From positions 124,001 through 188,000 of the forward strand of contig CT868016.1 in NCBI GenBank assembly GCA_000165425.1: 64,000 bases of DNA. Direction: 5' to 3'. Both the position numbers and the translations under genes were made by a program. Below are positions 1-13,696 of this stretch, piece after piece; the first letter of the stretch is position 1; each line of letters starts with the position of its first letter. The notes under the pieces are model-generated. The model worked only from the letters and a program-made list of their open reading frames with translations. It searched no databases and was not told where the DNA came from. The DNA comes from Paramecium tetraurelia. Taxonomy: Eukaryota.

Positions 1-405
1 TGGGCAATAATCCCCAAGAGAATAAATATTTTAGCCAATTAATTAAGCCAAAACCTCTTGTGGATTACAAATAGGCCTCGGAAAATTTTAGAGAATTCTT
101 CATCAGCTCTAAACATTTCGAATGAGATCAAAAAAAATCTAATGTCCAAACTGAAATCAGACATTGACAAAATGCAACAAAAAATAAAGACTATTTCAAT
201 GCTGAAGAAATGGATAAACAACCAACAAGTGGATTAGAATGAGTACAAGAACTTGTAATCCTCCCTTTCCCAAATTCAATAAATCCATTATACTAATTTC
301 CTCAGGATCACTAACATTTCAATATCCAGTATTTATACCTTAATACAATTAGATTAAGCCAAATTCAACAATTAGTTTCAAAATGTCGAATACGTCTAAT
401 AATGA
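1..405 (+). CDS. 3' end of a hypothetical protein (partial)
   Basis: Frame 1 is open in code 6 from base 1 to TGA 403-405 (...LDQAKFNNQFQNVEYVQQ*). Confidence 0.6.
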
Positions 406-461
406 ATTGTATCATTATAGCATGTATAGAGAGTTATGTGAATAATAAAATATTTAATATA

Positions 462-1484
462 TCAATTGCTCTGATCAAGCGAGTTGCTTTTATTTCTCTG
501 GTCTTTTATTATACAAACCCGAGTTGCATCATCGAATTCTAAAAAATCATAGATGCTCGGAGTCAAATACTCTATTTTAGAAATAATTTGTCTCAACCAA
601 ATCTTTATCATAGCTATTTTCTCATTAAACATTTAATTAGTGTCAGGTCCATGTTGGAAAAAGTCATTTGGTAATTTATAAATTTCAAATCCAAATTTAT
701 CTTCCTATTAGAGCCTACTTTCAAGCATGACAAAATCATTGATGGTCTTTTTAAGTTGATAATGTTTATTAGGATTGGATAGAAATATTTTTAATGTAAT
801 TACTGCATCTATTCTACCATCCTTTTGTTATACAATTTTCCAAGTTTTACTAAAATGAATATTACATTTGAATAAGGATTAAGTAGAAGATAATCCAATA
901 AAACTATTTTATATAGGTATCATATTTTGTCTACTATCCTCGTAATCTGGTACAGTCATACCAAGTCCTGAGATGCCTTCGAATTCAATCTTGTCCTATT
1001 TTCTGATAAAAAAACTAAAAATGTTGAGACTGAATTGATCAACAATTATCAAATACAACACTACATTGCTCAAAATATCGTATTCCGATTGATTCAATCC
1101 ATTCAATATAGCCTAAATTAGATTAGTTATTAGACAAATAATCCAAAATATTTTGTGAGCGAACATAATAGGGACATTCTTATTATACTCATGTAAAATG
1201 CCAGCTACTTGAGTTGAATAGACTATACACATAAACATAAATATTTAAGAATAGTCTGATTTATATAAATAGAATTTTGGATTCAAAATAGAAACAAAGT
1301 TATAGGTTAATGTTAATAGAACACATAGAATTAGTAAAAACACTCTAATTTTTAAGGTAGCATTGTATTATCTGTATTAATGATGGCCTGTATTTTTGAG
1401 TTAAACAAACCTAATGGTTAGTAAAATGAGCGTAACAATTCCACTAATGGCAGGTATATAGATATCAAAAATTCTATTCTGCAT
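462..1484 (-). CDS. Multi-pass membrane protein with a C-terminal PX-like domain
   Basis: Starts MQNRIFDIYIPAISGIVTLILLTIRF with several hydrophobic segments. The C-terminal 'HYQLKKTINDFVMLESRL...KLP...IKIWLRQII...SIYDFLEF' resembles a PX fold. One short intron near 1120; TGA at 462-464. Confidence 0.6.
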
Positions 1485-1556
1485 TAGAATAGTTTGATTA
1501 ATTATTTAAAAAATGGAATAATATTATTTAATATTGATTCAATATGCTTTAAATTA

Positions 1557-2653
1557 TCATATTTTTTCTTAGAATGTCCTGTCCGATTTAGTTACTTTTT
1601 TGTAGTCAGCTTATTAATAGATGTTGTAAGATGTTCCCTTGGGATACCAATTCTCATCTAAATTAAAAGTTAATGCAATAATAAACCTTCCATTTCCAAT
1701 TGTTCTTAGATGTCATCCTAGGACTTCCATAATTCCCTTCTGCAATTAGGATTTCTGGGTGAGGGAAAGACTCTGTCACTTTCAGGAATATTGAATTGAT
1801 CTTCAATTCCGACCATTTCACCTCCCCCTAGATAGATCAAAGACTTTATTTACATTCGCATTCATATTCGAACCAAGTATTAGGCACACCCAAATCCAAA
1901 TCACCTGTTGGTTTGATCATTGGATCTGACCACAGGAAAATTTCCCAATGATAATCTATCAATTCCCTCACTGGTGCAAATCCAACAGGCAATTTAGCCA
2001 AATCTTCCAACACTTGAACATTCCAAAGAATTTCAACCTTCTCGCCCTTTGAATTGGTCACTACTTGTCTTGCAACATAAACACTGTTTGGAACATAATC
2101 CACATCGAAACCACAATTATAAACTAGATATGCAAAATCCACTTATTCTTATGGTGTTAAACCCATATTCAAGATCTTCTCCACTTCTCTTCTTGTGATT
2201 CCTAGCCATTTTAATGATTGAACATACCTGGTACTCTTCTCATGATTTCATCTGGGTCCATTTAACAACTCCAAGTTCCTTGTCTACCAAGGGAAGTGTT
2301 CTGCCACACAGCTCTTACATCTTCCATGCTAGAGAATAATATAAAGGAGGGTAATACGTATATGGACCGTCATATGGAGGCAGTGGGCCTGATTGTCTGA
2401 CTGGATTGACATGTCTGACATTACGCACTTTGAATAATCAAGTTTAACATACCTGGAAGTGGTACTTATTGTGATTTGGCTATATCGGCAATTTCTTTGT
2501 TAGATTAGAAAAAGTTGGGATTCAAATAATGTCGATACCTGTTTGGATTGTAAGGCCCATCTATGATATTTGAACAACCACTTTACTTCTTGATGAGAAA
2601 GTATATTGAGGCATTGCTTTACGAAAACCAATATTAATCGCACGATTGAGCAT
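1557..2653 (-). CDS. Ciliate-specific mitochondrial protein, probably a respiratory-chain accessory subunit
   Basis: Presequence-like start MLNRAINIGFRKAMPQYTFSSRS, about 4 tiny introns, core VARQVVTNSKGEKVEILWN...DYHWEIFLWSDP. The function is recalled from similarity to Tetrahymena mitochondrial complex subunits and is not verified. Confidence 0.55.
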
Positions 2654-2841
2654 ATCTATATAAAAATAATTTATAAATCTAGATAAAATAAATGTATGTA
2701 TAAACTATATGCACTCCTAAACTGTGATTATTATGCATATCGATTCCCACTTTAAGATGTATTTTGCAGAAAGAAAAAGATATATCAAGCTTTATAGATT
2801 AAAAATAAAAAAATATATATTTATATATATATAAATAAATA

Positions 2842-4152
2842 ATGGATAGAGAACTTATATCTATTACCATCACAAACTATAAAAGCGACGAAAATGTGGA
2901 GGGCCCATATGAAAAACAATTTAGAAGTGATTGCACTATGGCATAAGTTTTGCAAGAATTTGGACTAGATTCTGCATTAATTGTTGGCTACAAAGACATT
3001 ATTGAGTCTAATAAAATTTTGAAAAAAGTATATGAGGAATCTCCATAATTCATATCATAAGGGTATCAACCTAAATAGCTTCAATTAAAAATTATACACT
3101 AATAGAATAATCTTTAAGGGAATACTAAATGTAAATTTTATATAAAAAATGTGGTTGACTAACCTTTTATTGAATATATCCTGGTAGATTAAAATTACAC
3201 TATATGCTCGAAGATTAAAGCCGAAAACTCAGTTATTCACAACAATAAAATTGCAGATAGAGAAGAACAATTTAAAAACATCTAAAGTGATCATTAGATC
3301 GAATTGAGTATAATTCCAAATAGTGAAGGAGAGATAGATAAATTGAGTTAAATGTAGGTTCAAATTTTTTCTGATCAAATTTAAAACCATGGCTCTTATA
3401 AAGATGGTAATGTAATTAGAGAAAAACTATTATACTTAGAGATTGAGGAAAAGTCAATTATAATTTAAAGCCTAATAGAAAAATTCAACAATAAGAATAA
3501 TGACAACATCTTTGCACCTCTAAAGTAGCAAAGGGATTTTGGAATTCTAAAAGAAAATTGTAAGATTATTTCCGAAACAGAATCCTTGTGTAAATTAATA
3601 GGCTTGCGTAATGAGAAACAGGGAAATCACCTTTAGCAAAGGGCAGACGAATAAAAACGTATAGTTAATGTATTTTACAATGGGAAATAGATTTTGCATG
3701 AAATTTTCGAGAAAGATGATGAGGTAAAAGCAATTGATAATAAATTACCCGAAGAACTTAGAGGGAAGGTAGATTTTATCATACCTGATAATGTTGTGGT
3801 ATAAGAATACCAGGAGTTAGGTGAATTGTCATACAATGTTAATGATGAAATAAATTTACAAGTTATAAATAGATAAGTATTATATGATAAGATGGAGACT
3901 GTTTTGAAATAAGCATTGTAGTAAGTTTAGAAATTGAAATAGGACTAAAATGATATTGAAATCAGAGAGGACTAAAATGATATTAAAATTAAATAGGAAT
4001 TGTCAGCATATAGCCTTATTTTGGAGAAAGACTAAACGATTGATAGGCTCTAATAGGTTATAGAATAATTAAGGTTTAAGAAGAGTAAATAAGAACAGAT
4101 TCTTGAGATTCAAAATATAACTGAAACAGTCAGCAAACAAATAGATACATGA
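2842..4152 (+). CDS. Hypothetical protein (436 aa) with a coiled-coil C-terminus
   Basis: Single code-6 ORF from ATG 2842 to TGA 4150-4152, with a short internal duplication DQNDIEIRE/DQNDIKIKQ at ~3940-3995. Confidence 0.7.
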
Positions 4153-4219
4153 TTTTATATTAAGTAAGAATTAATATCAATTATATTTATTCGATACTAT
4201 TTTAATTATAATAATAAAA

Positions 4220-5736
4220 ATGCAAAATAATTTGTTAGATTATAAATAAGATGAGCAATCGATTAAAAAGGTGATTGAAAAGGAAATCAATGGTAAATCC
4301 AAGCGATTATTTGATCCCAATACCTATTACTCTCAATTTCAAAATTTGACTTCGGAAAGTTTATAGTAATGCGAGAAATCATAAGCGTAGAAAGGAGCGA
4401 AAGAAATGATTGAATGTATTACAATATAATCAATTGAGTTAAGGCATAAGTTACAAGTCAAGATAAGGTGATTGAAGCAATCAGAGCAGCTAACTTTGTA
4501 GAAATTCAGAATGTGAACTTTAAGTTCAAAAGGCTACTGAAGGAGATCTTGTAATAAATAGCGGACCAATTGGGAAACCTCTTCAAGGATGAGTATTTGA
4601 AGTTATGGTTGGAATGGAAAAGTGCTAAAGCAGCATTAATGGACAAGGAAGTCAAATTGAAAAATTCAGAAATGAGTCAATAGTTACAGGAATAGGAATT
4701 GATCTAAATAAGAACAGAATTTACAGCCTAAAACACCTTTCTTAGTATGAATAAACAGCTAGAGGCAACTGTTTAGAATTTAGAGACTGAAAATAATAAG
4801 TTGAAGGATAGCCTAAAAAATCTTAATCAATATTGCAATGAATTAAAGCAGAACAATGAGGAACTAAATAAAAGAATGAAGAAACTAGAGTAACAATTTG
4901 AGGAGGCAAAAGAAAAATATGAAAATGAAATCAATCAGTTAAAACTAAAAGAGTAGAATTTAATAAGGGCAAATAAGGATCTTATTGATTTAAACAATTA
5001 ATTAACCCAACAATTAGATAAATATAGAGATTTGTATGAAATGCAAAACCAGAAAAATAATGATTTGGCTGATCAAGTCAGGTATTGGAAATCAACTCAT
5101 TAATAGAGATTAACGGATTTATAGTAGTCAGAAACAAGAATAGGATCATAGAAAGGGTATCTATTTAAATACAGGAGAGAAGTGCAGGACTTAAAAAGGT
5201 TTAAGTTATATAGTGAAGAGGCTTAGAAAGAATTATCGAATGCTAGATAGACAGTTCATTTATTAAATTAATAAACTGAATAATTAAAATTCAGTTATGA
5301 AAATGCAATTCAACAAAATCTATAAATTTAGACTGAAAAAACAGAGAACTTGAATCAAATATTATTACGCAATGCTCAATCAACCAAAAAGGTAAATAAT
5401 GAAACCAATGTGTTTTATGAATCCCCTTAAAAAAGCAAATTTGATTTTCATAGTGTCAAAAAGATTACTTAACCCTCAGTTGATGAATTAAGCTAATTTG
5501 TTATAAGTTATTCAAAGGTGCCAATCCAATCAAGGAGAACTAAAGTGAGAAGTGTTAGTGCGTAAAAGAATTCCTAGTCAGAAACTGATACCTCTAAAAA
5601 CAATATTGGAATCTAAGAATTTGATTAGTTTACACCATATACTGAGAGTAATGTGAATCAATTAAACTTTAATTCTGCTCCCAAACATCCTTTAAGTAAA
5701 AACAAAAGGATTAAAAGACAAAATACTGAAAGCTGA
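4220..5736 (+). CDS. Coiled-coil hypothetical protein
   Basis: ATG 4220; a 23-nt GT..AG intron at 4416-4438 restores the frame; long E/K/Q/L heptad region; TGA 5734-5736. Confidence 0.7.
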
Positions 5737-5779
5737 TGAACTTGAATTTTAATTATTCAGATATATAATCCTTTTATAA

Positions 5780-8700
5780 TCAAATCATAATATTTCTTTA
5801 TTCATTTACTTTTCGAGCAGATTCTTGGGTATTGTCTACTTAAAGATAAGAGTCTGATGATAAGTTCGCTTCTTCATGCAACCTGTACTTTAGTATTCTT
5901 GGAATGCTGTGACATTGGGATGGATCAAATTTGATGAGTTTCATGCAGTTGCTGATAAGCACAACAATAATTGATGATAAGGACATCGATGTAGAGGATA
6001 TCATTGGAGATATAGTGAATCCTTATCCATAGAACACACCTGCTGCGATAGCTAAAACTATTAAATAATCTTACGTGCCATCAATAAATTATAAGCAAAG
6101 GCCCAAATCAAATTAATATAGATTACTTTTAAAGCTGTGTTCATCAAATTTATGAGAGATACAATGCTCCACAAATTTTCTTTAAGAACTATCACATCTG
6201 AAGCCATGAGATTCAATTCTGATTTTGCATTGATGGCAACACCAATAGATGCTTATTGGAGTGAGAGGATATCATTGAGACCATCTCCAATCATCATCAC
6301 CTCTTATTTTCTCTCTTTTAACTCCATTAAAAACTTTTATTTTCCCTCTGCATCTATTTCAGCATACTAATGGCTCGGTGGTATTTCTAGGTATTTGCCT
6401 ACAGAGGACACTGTTTTTTTTGAATCCCCAGACAAAATATAAACAGTCTTCTTCAGATTTTCTCTTAAATATGTTATCACAGCCTTGGCTTCAGGTCTTA
6501 AATTGGTTTTGTTATCCAAACATAAGATTACTTCTGGTATATCATCAATAGCCATTAGAATTACTGTTTTTCCTTTTCTTTCCAGACACTAGCATTTTTT
6601 TATGATATAGTCTTCTAGGATCGCTCTATTTTCAGTTAAATGAGCTAGATTTCCAATTAAACATCTAAACTATGTTTGATCAGTAGTTCTGGTTACATTT
6701 CCAATGATTCCATTTTTCTCTTATTTTGCTTGTTCTGTAAGAACAAATGTACTCTATCTTCCAATTTATCTTTGAACAGATTCCTTGAATAATAAAGTAG
6801 CAATAGGATGATTGAAGTCTTTTTCTAAAACTCCCAGAATAGCCCATAAATCTTGACCTGACAAAGTCTTATTGAATTTCAAATTTGATTATATTTTACC
6901 TTCTGAATTAGGGATATCCCTTTTAGTTTCTACAGGATCAGACATTACCAAAGATTTCTAAAATTATTTAACCTTCACAACAGTTTTATCCTATTACTTT
7001 AATGAGATCTCTGTCTCATTCTTAGATAGAAGAGTGAAAGATTCAATATGGTCCACTTTAGTGAATAGGGTTCCTGTCTTATCAAAAATAATACAATTTA
7101 TTTTGTTTATTGATTCAAAAATAGTATTCTAAGATGTATAATGATCTAATACCTTTTTTATTAAAATCCCTGATTTCAAAGCCAAGTTTAATGTAATTAT
7201 AACCACAGATGGTACTGCCAGTCCCAATGCACAAGGACATGAGGCAACCAAAATAGAAATAGCTCTCTCAAATGGAAAACACCAAACACAATATTCCTCA
7301 ATTTCAACAATATCAAATCCTATTAAAAATGTCCAAACTATAAAAACTATCAATGCCACACAAATGACTCCAAGCACAAATCTCTAAGATAACTATTGCA
7401 ACATTGCTGTAATACCAAAGTCCTTGCTTTCCCTTTCTGATTATGCTAAATTTAATTGTTCAGCTATTTGAAACAACATAGAAGACTCAATCACTTACTC
7501 TACCTAAAAGATACATGATCCATCTAAGATATCAGCACCTGATTTCAGTCTAGTTCCCATAGAGGCTTGGAATCTGTCATCTTACCCATAACAAATTGAA
7601 TCAATCACTTATACCTAACCTTTAACAATTACTCCATCCAATAATAATTTCATTCCCTTCTCAAGAATTATCAAATCTCCCTTTTCCAACAATGAAATAT
7701 CACAACTCTCTTAAATATTGATGTCATAATCCTAGTTCTTCACTTATACCTTCATAACAGTAGGTGTCTTTAATAACTAATCTTGAGGAAATATTTAATT
7801 CTGCATCTCCATTATTGTCTGTTTTGCCTTTCCTTCGAAGTATTTGCCTATCATAATAACAGTAAGTATCAATCCTGCAGATTCTAGATCGTGAATTATG
7901 TTCATTATTCTTTCCATTTAAATTTCTTGACCTTTAGTCTCTTCTTCGTTATTCTATCCTTCCAGAGTGTAAACAACGATCAAGAACAAACTCATACAAT
8001 AAGCAGCCAATGAACCAAGAGTCAATAATGTATCCATATTACACATTCTAAATGATAGAAGTAAAGATATACCTGTATTTGGTGAACAAGTGATATGCAT
8101 TCTTGTAAGTTGGAGTTCCAAATTTAATCAATGTGAAAGTTGTCATGAAAAAGATGAATACCAAGTAGATACTAAATATGGATTCTTCATGAGGATACGA
8201 TAGAAAAGGGTTATAATAATCAAAATGAGGCATGATTGAGCAAAACACCAAAAATATGATGCTTAACACAATGGCTAAGATGAACTTTCTATAGGTGACT
8301 GCTTCCTAATATCCACTTTTCTTTTTGAATTTCTCAAGGAGTGCATTGTAAACAAGGAATCCTGGATCTGAACCAATCTTCTCTTTTTCATCTATTGTGG
8401 GAATTTTGTCCTGGATTTAGGCTTAGATATTCTATTTTATCTAAAATGCTGAAATTGATAATGGCTAATAAGATATGGTTATTAATTAACCAGACTTTTA
8501 AAAAATTATTAATAAAATTATACTTGCATGTTATATTTAAAATTTTCTTACTAAATTTCTCTAACTCCACCCTGATATTATTGGTGGAGATTGCTCCTTA
8601 TCTGTTTCAAGTCGTCCAATTGAAACTCCGAATTTGGAAAAAAGAACTAACACCTCCTCAATTAATTGGAGTCAGTATTAATTAATCTTGGTTGACCAAC

Positions 8701-8965
8701 TATAAAAAAATTATTTTGCTCCAAGATCAACTTAATCGAGTCGAGTGAGCTACAGGATACACAAAAATCATTTACATGAGGGATTGATTGAAAGAAATGA
8801 TCACTCGTTCAGCCATTACGTTCACTTGGACATATATTATACCTTGAAATGGTTGAAATAACTAGTACCTTGCTGACCTTCAAAGCTCGATTTTATCTTA
8901 TTCACACACATAGTACACCATATCTTTGAAACAGTTAGATCATAAACTACAATATCTGATTGCAT
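5780..8965 (-). CDS. Heavy-metal (Cu+-type, P1B-1) P-type ATPase
   Basis: N-terminal HMA CxxC (WCTMC), TM6 SCPCALGLA, FDKTGTL, NHP, SGD, GDGLND, TM7 YN and TM8 MSLSS; several tiny introns. Confidence 0.92.
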
Positions 8966-8989
8966 AAATAATATAATTATTATATAATA

Positions 8990-9598
8990 ATGTCATAAAT
9001 TTGCAATCACGAGAGTTGTATCAAATCCTCTCTCCTTGGTTTAAGACAGGGCATATATTATGGAGGAAAGATAAGATTCTTTCACGCTCTAGTAATGACT
9101 TTTCTTTTTAGACCTGGCTCTATCAAGTCCAAATTCATCACTGTTATATAGTTGACGTACTAACATGCAAAAAATCTGGGCACTTTTGTATTCCTCTACA
9201 AATCAATCGTCTGTATTCTAAATAACATAAGAAAGAAGCAGACCAAGCTCCATAATCTAATTAGTGGAGCCATATGTGGCTATCTTGTTTTTGGAAGAAA
9301 TAAATCTGCTGTCAATTAATAAATTGTTCTCTACGTTATGAGTAGAGTCATTATAGGTTTGGCTTCAAACATTTAGAGAAGAAAACTATTACCATCCTCA
9401 TGGGATGCTTTCCCTCTTCAAGCAGCTGTTGTCTGGGGATTAGTCATGCTATTATTTGAAGATGATAAAGGATGCTTATAGAACTCACTAACTTCTAGCA
9501 TGACCTTTTTATATAAAGACAGTGATAGATCTTATTCAAGTTGGGCTGAACTAATACCATTCGAAATGCCAGACTTTTTATCATTTCTTTGGAAATGA
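8990..9598 (+). CDS. PXMP4: Peroxisomal membrane protein 4 (PMP24, Tim17 family)
   Basis: 202-aa intronless ORF containing GIYYGGKIRFFHALVMTFLF, HAKNLGTFVFLYK, SAVNQQIVLYVMSRV and AAVVWGLVMLLFE...SLTSSMTFLY. Confidence 0.9.
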
Positions 9599-10165
9599 TT
9601 AAATTAATTATAGTCTAACTTTATTTTAAATATCATTTCATATAACTAACTCAATATTTTTGAGTTCTTGTATAAGACTAAATGGCAATAAATTGAGATC
9701 CAATTTATTATCTCGATAAACAATACTTCTTTATTAAATATTTAATTTTATCGGAGAATTCAAATTCAAATTTTTATAAACCTTCTAAAATTCAATTTAA
9801 AATATACATAATATCAAATAATTGAGATAGGTTCAAATAATGCTAACTTTATTTGTTTATTGGTTAATATCGTTAATTTATATGTAAATTCATGTTATTC
9901 TTATCGAAATGTGTATTTGTTTGATAAATTTGATTATCTGTTTCATGGTGTTTGAGTTTTATTAATTTTAAATTCAGTATTAAATTTAATCAAAATAAGC
10001 AGAGATATTAGTAATTATTTATTATTACGATTTATTCAATAACGTATTTTTACCTAAATATTATAAAATGAATATTGAATATAGGTTATGCTAATTTGTA
10101 AAGCAAAAGCATGTAATATTTAATAAAGTATAGATTTGATATATATATAATACAGCATGAATTTT

Positions 10166-11857
10166 TCAATATTTGGAATTCTTCTTCCCTGCCACTACTG
10201 TTGTTGATTATAAATTGTTGATTTGAGGGGGAATGTAACTTTCTGAAAATTTAGGTTATGCAGATTCTCCAAATTGATTCGGAGGCACGTACGCAGGATC
10301 TCCAAATTAATTCGGAGGTACATACTCATTTACATAGTTTGCTGGGTTGCTTTGATTTTGAATTATGTTATTTTTAACACTAGAATAGACAGGTGGAAAT
10401 TTGGATTAATGTGGGGATAAAGGGTTTTGATAAGGACTTGTTTCAGAATGATGGATGTCTTCTTTTGAAGGAATTGGTTGTCTCTAAGTGTCTGACTCAG
10501 GAAAGTACGCTTTCTCCTTCTTTTGTTTGAAGCACCAATGGAACATCTATACTATAAACATCATAATTAAGATGAATTCGCTTATGGCTATAATTATTAT
10601 CGAGATCGTTATGAGCGAAATGTAGGTATTGACATCTGCAGGGAAGAGGTTGGGAAAATTTGCAAATACATTCTAAATTTGGTCAGAAGAATAGCAATCT
10701 GCAATCGATTTAAAGTAGAGTTCTGAGTCACTTCTGAGCTTTTCTTGATATAGGATCAGACCTCCTTCAATCAATATGAATGACATCTGGCATATCAGTA
10801 GGATTTTTAAAATGACTGTAATTATTCGAATGTCATTCACTATCCTAAATTTAAGCATATAAATTTCTATGATTAACACAATTCCTATAAATCCAGAGAA
10901 AATCTCTTTTATGACTACATAAATGAACCCAATTTCCTGTATCGATTATTCACAATTTTCAGTGTCATTAATCATATTGTTATCAATCTATATGCATTTA
11001 TTATCAGAAGTTGAAGCAATTTTATTCTTTATTAAAATATATTAAGTACTCTTGCTGTCAAATATGTAACAGCTGAATTAGTAACAGATGAAGGAACTCC
11101 ATTAAAAGATAATGCTTCTAAGCCTTACTTAGCGAATTCTGAAAGTGTTGTTTATTCTATTTTGACACTATTATCTGTGTCGAAATCAGAACCTTCACAA
11201 TTTTCAGGATCAATATAATCACTATTATTGGTTAACCCTGCTGTTATATAAATTAAGGGATTCAAACATGGGTATCCTCGTATTACAACTTGAATTTTAA
11301 ATATCCCGTAGGATGAATTCTCTCTTTGAATATACAAATCCCTTTTACTCTCTAAGTTCTGATCTGCATCTTCATCAACAACCTCATTTTAAATTATAGT
11401 CAATTTAGAAATGGGACACTAAGATCCTTCACTGGTTTCTATGCAATATGGGCCACAGTTGTATTCAGTAGCCGAACATTCAGTCGACAATCTAATGTCA
11501 ACATATCTAGTCACACAAATCAATTGAGAATACCATCTAGTAATATTGTATTCTGCAAATGGAAATAATTATTAGGTTTCTTCAGATGAATCACAATCCA
11601 AGTCTCTAAAATATACTCTAATTATTTAGTATTTGATACTGTTTGATTGGTTTGTAGACTAGATTATCAGAGATGTACGCAATTGTAGCATTCTGAGCTT
11701 CGTATTAATAGTCATTTGAATAAAAATCAACTACCCCATGGACGATATCCAATCCAATGCTGATCAACAAGGAGAGAATCATGAAAAAGAGAGTTAAAGA
11801 TTTCACAACTTTATCAAAAATAGAACTATGTATTTGTTCAATTGGATTCTTTTTCAT
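10166..11857 (-). CDS. Ciliate Cys-rich transmembrane protein (N-terminal TM, Cys-rich ectodomain, C-terminal TMs, Pro-rich tail)
   Basis: 1692-nt code-6 ORF with 'ECSATEYNCGPYC...QCPISKL', hydrophobic segments near 10900-10560 and a duplicated YVPPNQFG motif in the tail. Confidence 0.7.
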
Positions 11858-11903
11858 TAAATTTATATTTATTCAGAAATACATTAACAAATATTTTTAT
11901 CAT

Positions 11904-13297
11904 TCATTAGTTCTCTTATTGATTTCTAATGGAACTTCCTGGAAGTACAATTTATTTTTTTATTAAAAATTAGTCTTCTTTAGTGAAGCCTAATTGTGAG
12001 AGCTTTCTGTTGAAGTTGGTTCTTGTTATAGCTTCATCCAGATATAAATTCATCATTTAAAATTCCTTCATAAACTCATTATACAACAATTTCTGTTCAT
12101 CCTTATTACACATATTGATAATCCTCTTTGATTTCAGATTAAATTAACTTAGCAACAAGGTCTTTTCTTTCTTATTGTCCATTCTCTCCTACATCTGTGA
12201 TTTCCTATCTCCAGAGGCTAGAGTGAGCTCTTTGCTCTCTGGTTGGTATCTTGATTTGGGAAGAGGATAATTCTTAGAAAAATTGAAGAACTATTACTCG
12301 AACATGGAACTTATCCTCTTCTTTTAAGGTCTGATCTAATATTTGTTTTTCAGTTGATCTTCCTCTATGTTGTGATTGTGTCTCACTTTGGCCTCATTTA
12401 TTTTTGACTTGATAAAATCATTAGCCTTCTATTTGAATGCAGAATAGATCTCTTCCTCCAAATATTCTGTTGAATTCAAGTCTATTCCATATTACAACAC
12501 TAACTTCAAGAGTTCCTTATCGTAATCTATTTAGGTTATCTTCTACTACGACGTCTAATTACTACGCTTTTCTTCAGCTTTGCCTAAATGTGTTGTGCTT
12601 TTCGTAGATTTCCCTAATTTCTATATGAAATTCTCCGTTTCTTCTTTCTCTTTTTTTAGTTATTCTATGTGATCTTCAACATAATAATAAAATAGATTTT
12701 ATTCATACTGAGATTTGGTCACTTAATCTCTGCTTGACATTTATTCAGAGGAAGTTTAAAATTAACTGATTGCTCTCTTTCCAATTTCATTTAATTTCTC
12801 TTAAGACAATACCTTAGCTTTATTGATTGGAGCCTTAACTAAACCTAAATCTAGAAAACAATCACTGTCTAAAAATGCCTTATCAAATTCTGTTTCAAAC
12901 TTCACTTCATATTATTCATAAATCTTTTCCAAATCTGCCTCTTCTTAGCCCAATTATCTAGCTATTTTCCTTCTTATTAGATAATTCTTTACTGATTCTA
13001 TTAAATCTCTGTTATTTAAGATATTCATCTTCCTTAGTTTGGTTTTTGTGTCAACAAAAGTATCGAGTATCCTAAACGATTGCAGTTAACGATTAAATCT
13101 AATGATGCTGCAATAATGTACCTCGCATCAGGTGTGTTATTGATTAATTTGAGCTTCGCTTTCACCTTATTTACCAAATTTATCACTCTGTCTGTGCTAC
13201 ATCCATCCTGATAATCCTGTTACAACTTCGTTTGTTGAGAGATCTAAATATTTGGCAAAGCATGATTCAATTTTTGGAATTTCAGATTTTAAGTCAT
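11904..13297 (-). CDS. Hypothetical charged/coiled-coil protein
   Basis: Starts MTQNLKFQKLNHALP; one 23-nt intron near 13100-13122; open frame to TGA 11904-11906. Confidence 0.65.
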
Positions 13298-13451
13298 TCA
13301 GTATATATTCTTAGAAATTAAATTTATCATATCACTATCTAATAAATTTAATAAATTTAATAAATTTATATATATATATACTCTGCCTATTGACAATTAA
13401 CAATTATCCTGAACGAATTATTATAATCTAAAACTAATTACAATAATATAT

Positions 13452-13675
13452 TTAGCCAGTGGATTTGTGACTCCATGACTATTTTAAAAAAGCCTCAATT
13501 CGAGTCTGTAATCTTCAGAGATAGATGTAGATGTGATAATTATATAAATTTCGTTTGTTTAATTTGAGAACGAGCTTAGCTTCCGGAATAGGAGCCTTGC
13601 CCGCAACCTATTAAATAGGTTTAAACTTGGATATGTTTTGCATCAATAAATGAAAAGAACCCGCTAGGATTGAGT
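13452..13675 (-). ncRNA. Candidate orphan structured small RNA (~190 nt to the U6 run, ~224 nt with the 3' hairpin)
   Basis: GC-enriched intergenic island with a USE and TATA at the expected spacing upstream. 5' CUCAAU pairs with AUUGAG ahead of a U6 run. Internal hairpins AACCUAU/AUAGGUU and GCGGGC/GCUCGU; 3' hairpin UAGUCAUGGA/UCCA-C-UGGCUA. Confidence 0.6.
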
Positions 13676-13696
13676 TTTATTAATTAATAAATATTC

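Noticed and set aside
13515..13643. 42-codon minus-strand ORF MQNISKFKPIQQVAGKAPIPEAKLVLKL... inside the ncRNA candidate
   Set aside because: Short ORFs are common when TGA is the only stop, and the USE/TATA spacing and paired ends fit an RNA gene better. Not fully excluded.
13452..13675. Telomerase RNA identity for the USE-driven element
   Set aside because: There is no AACCCC template or preceding UGUCA motif in the predicted transcript; the C-run lies in the promoter element.
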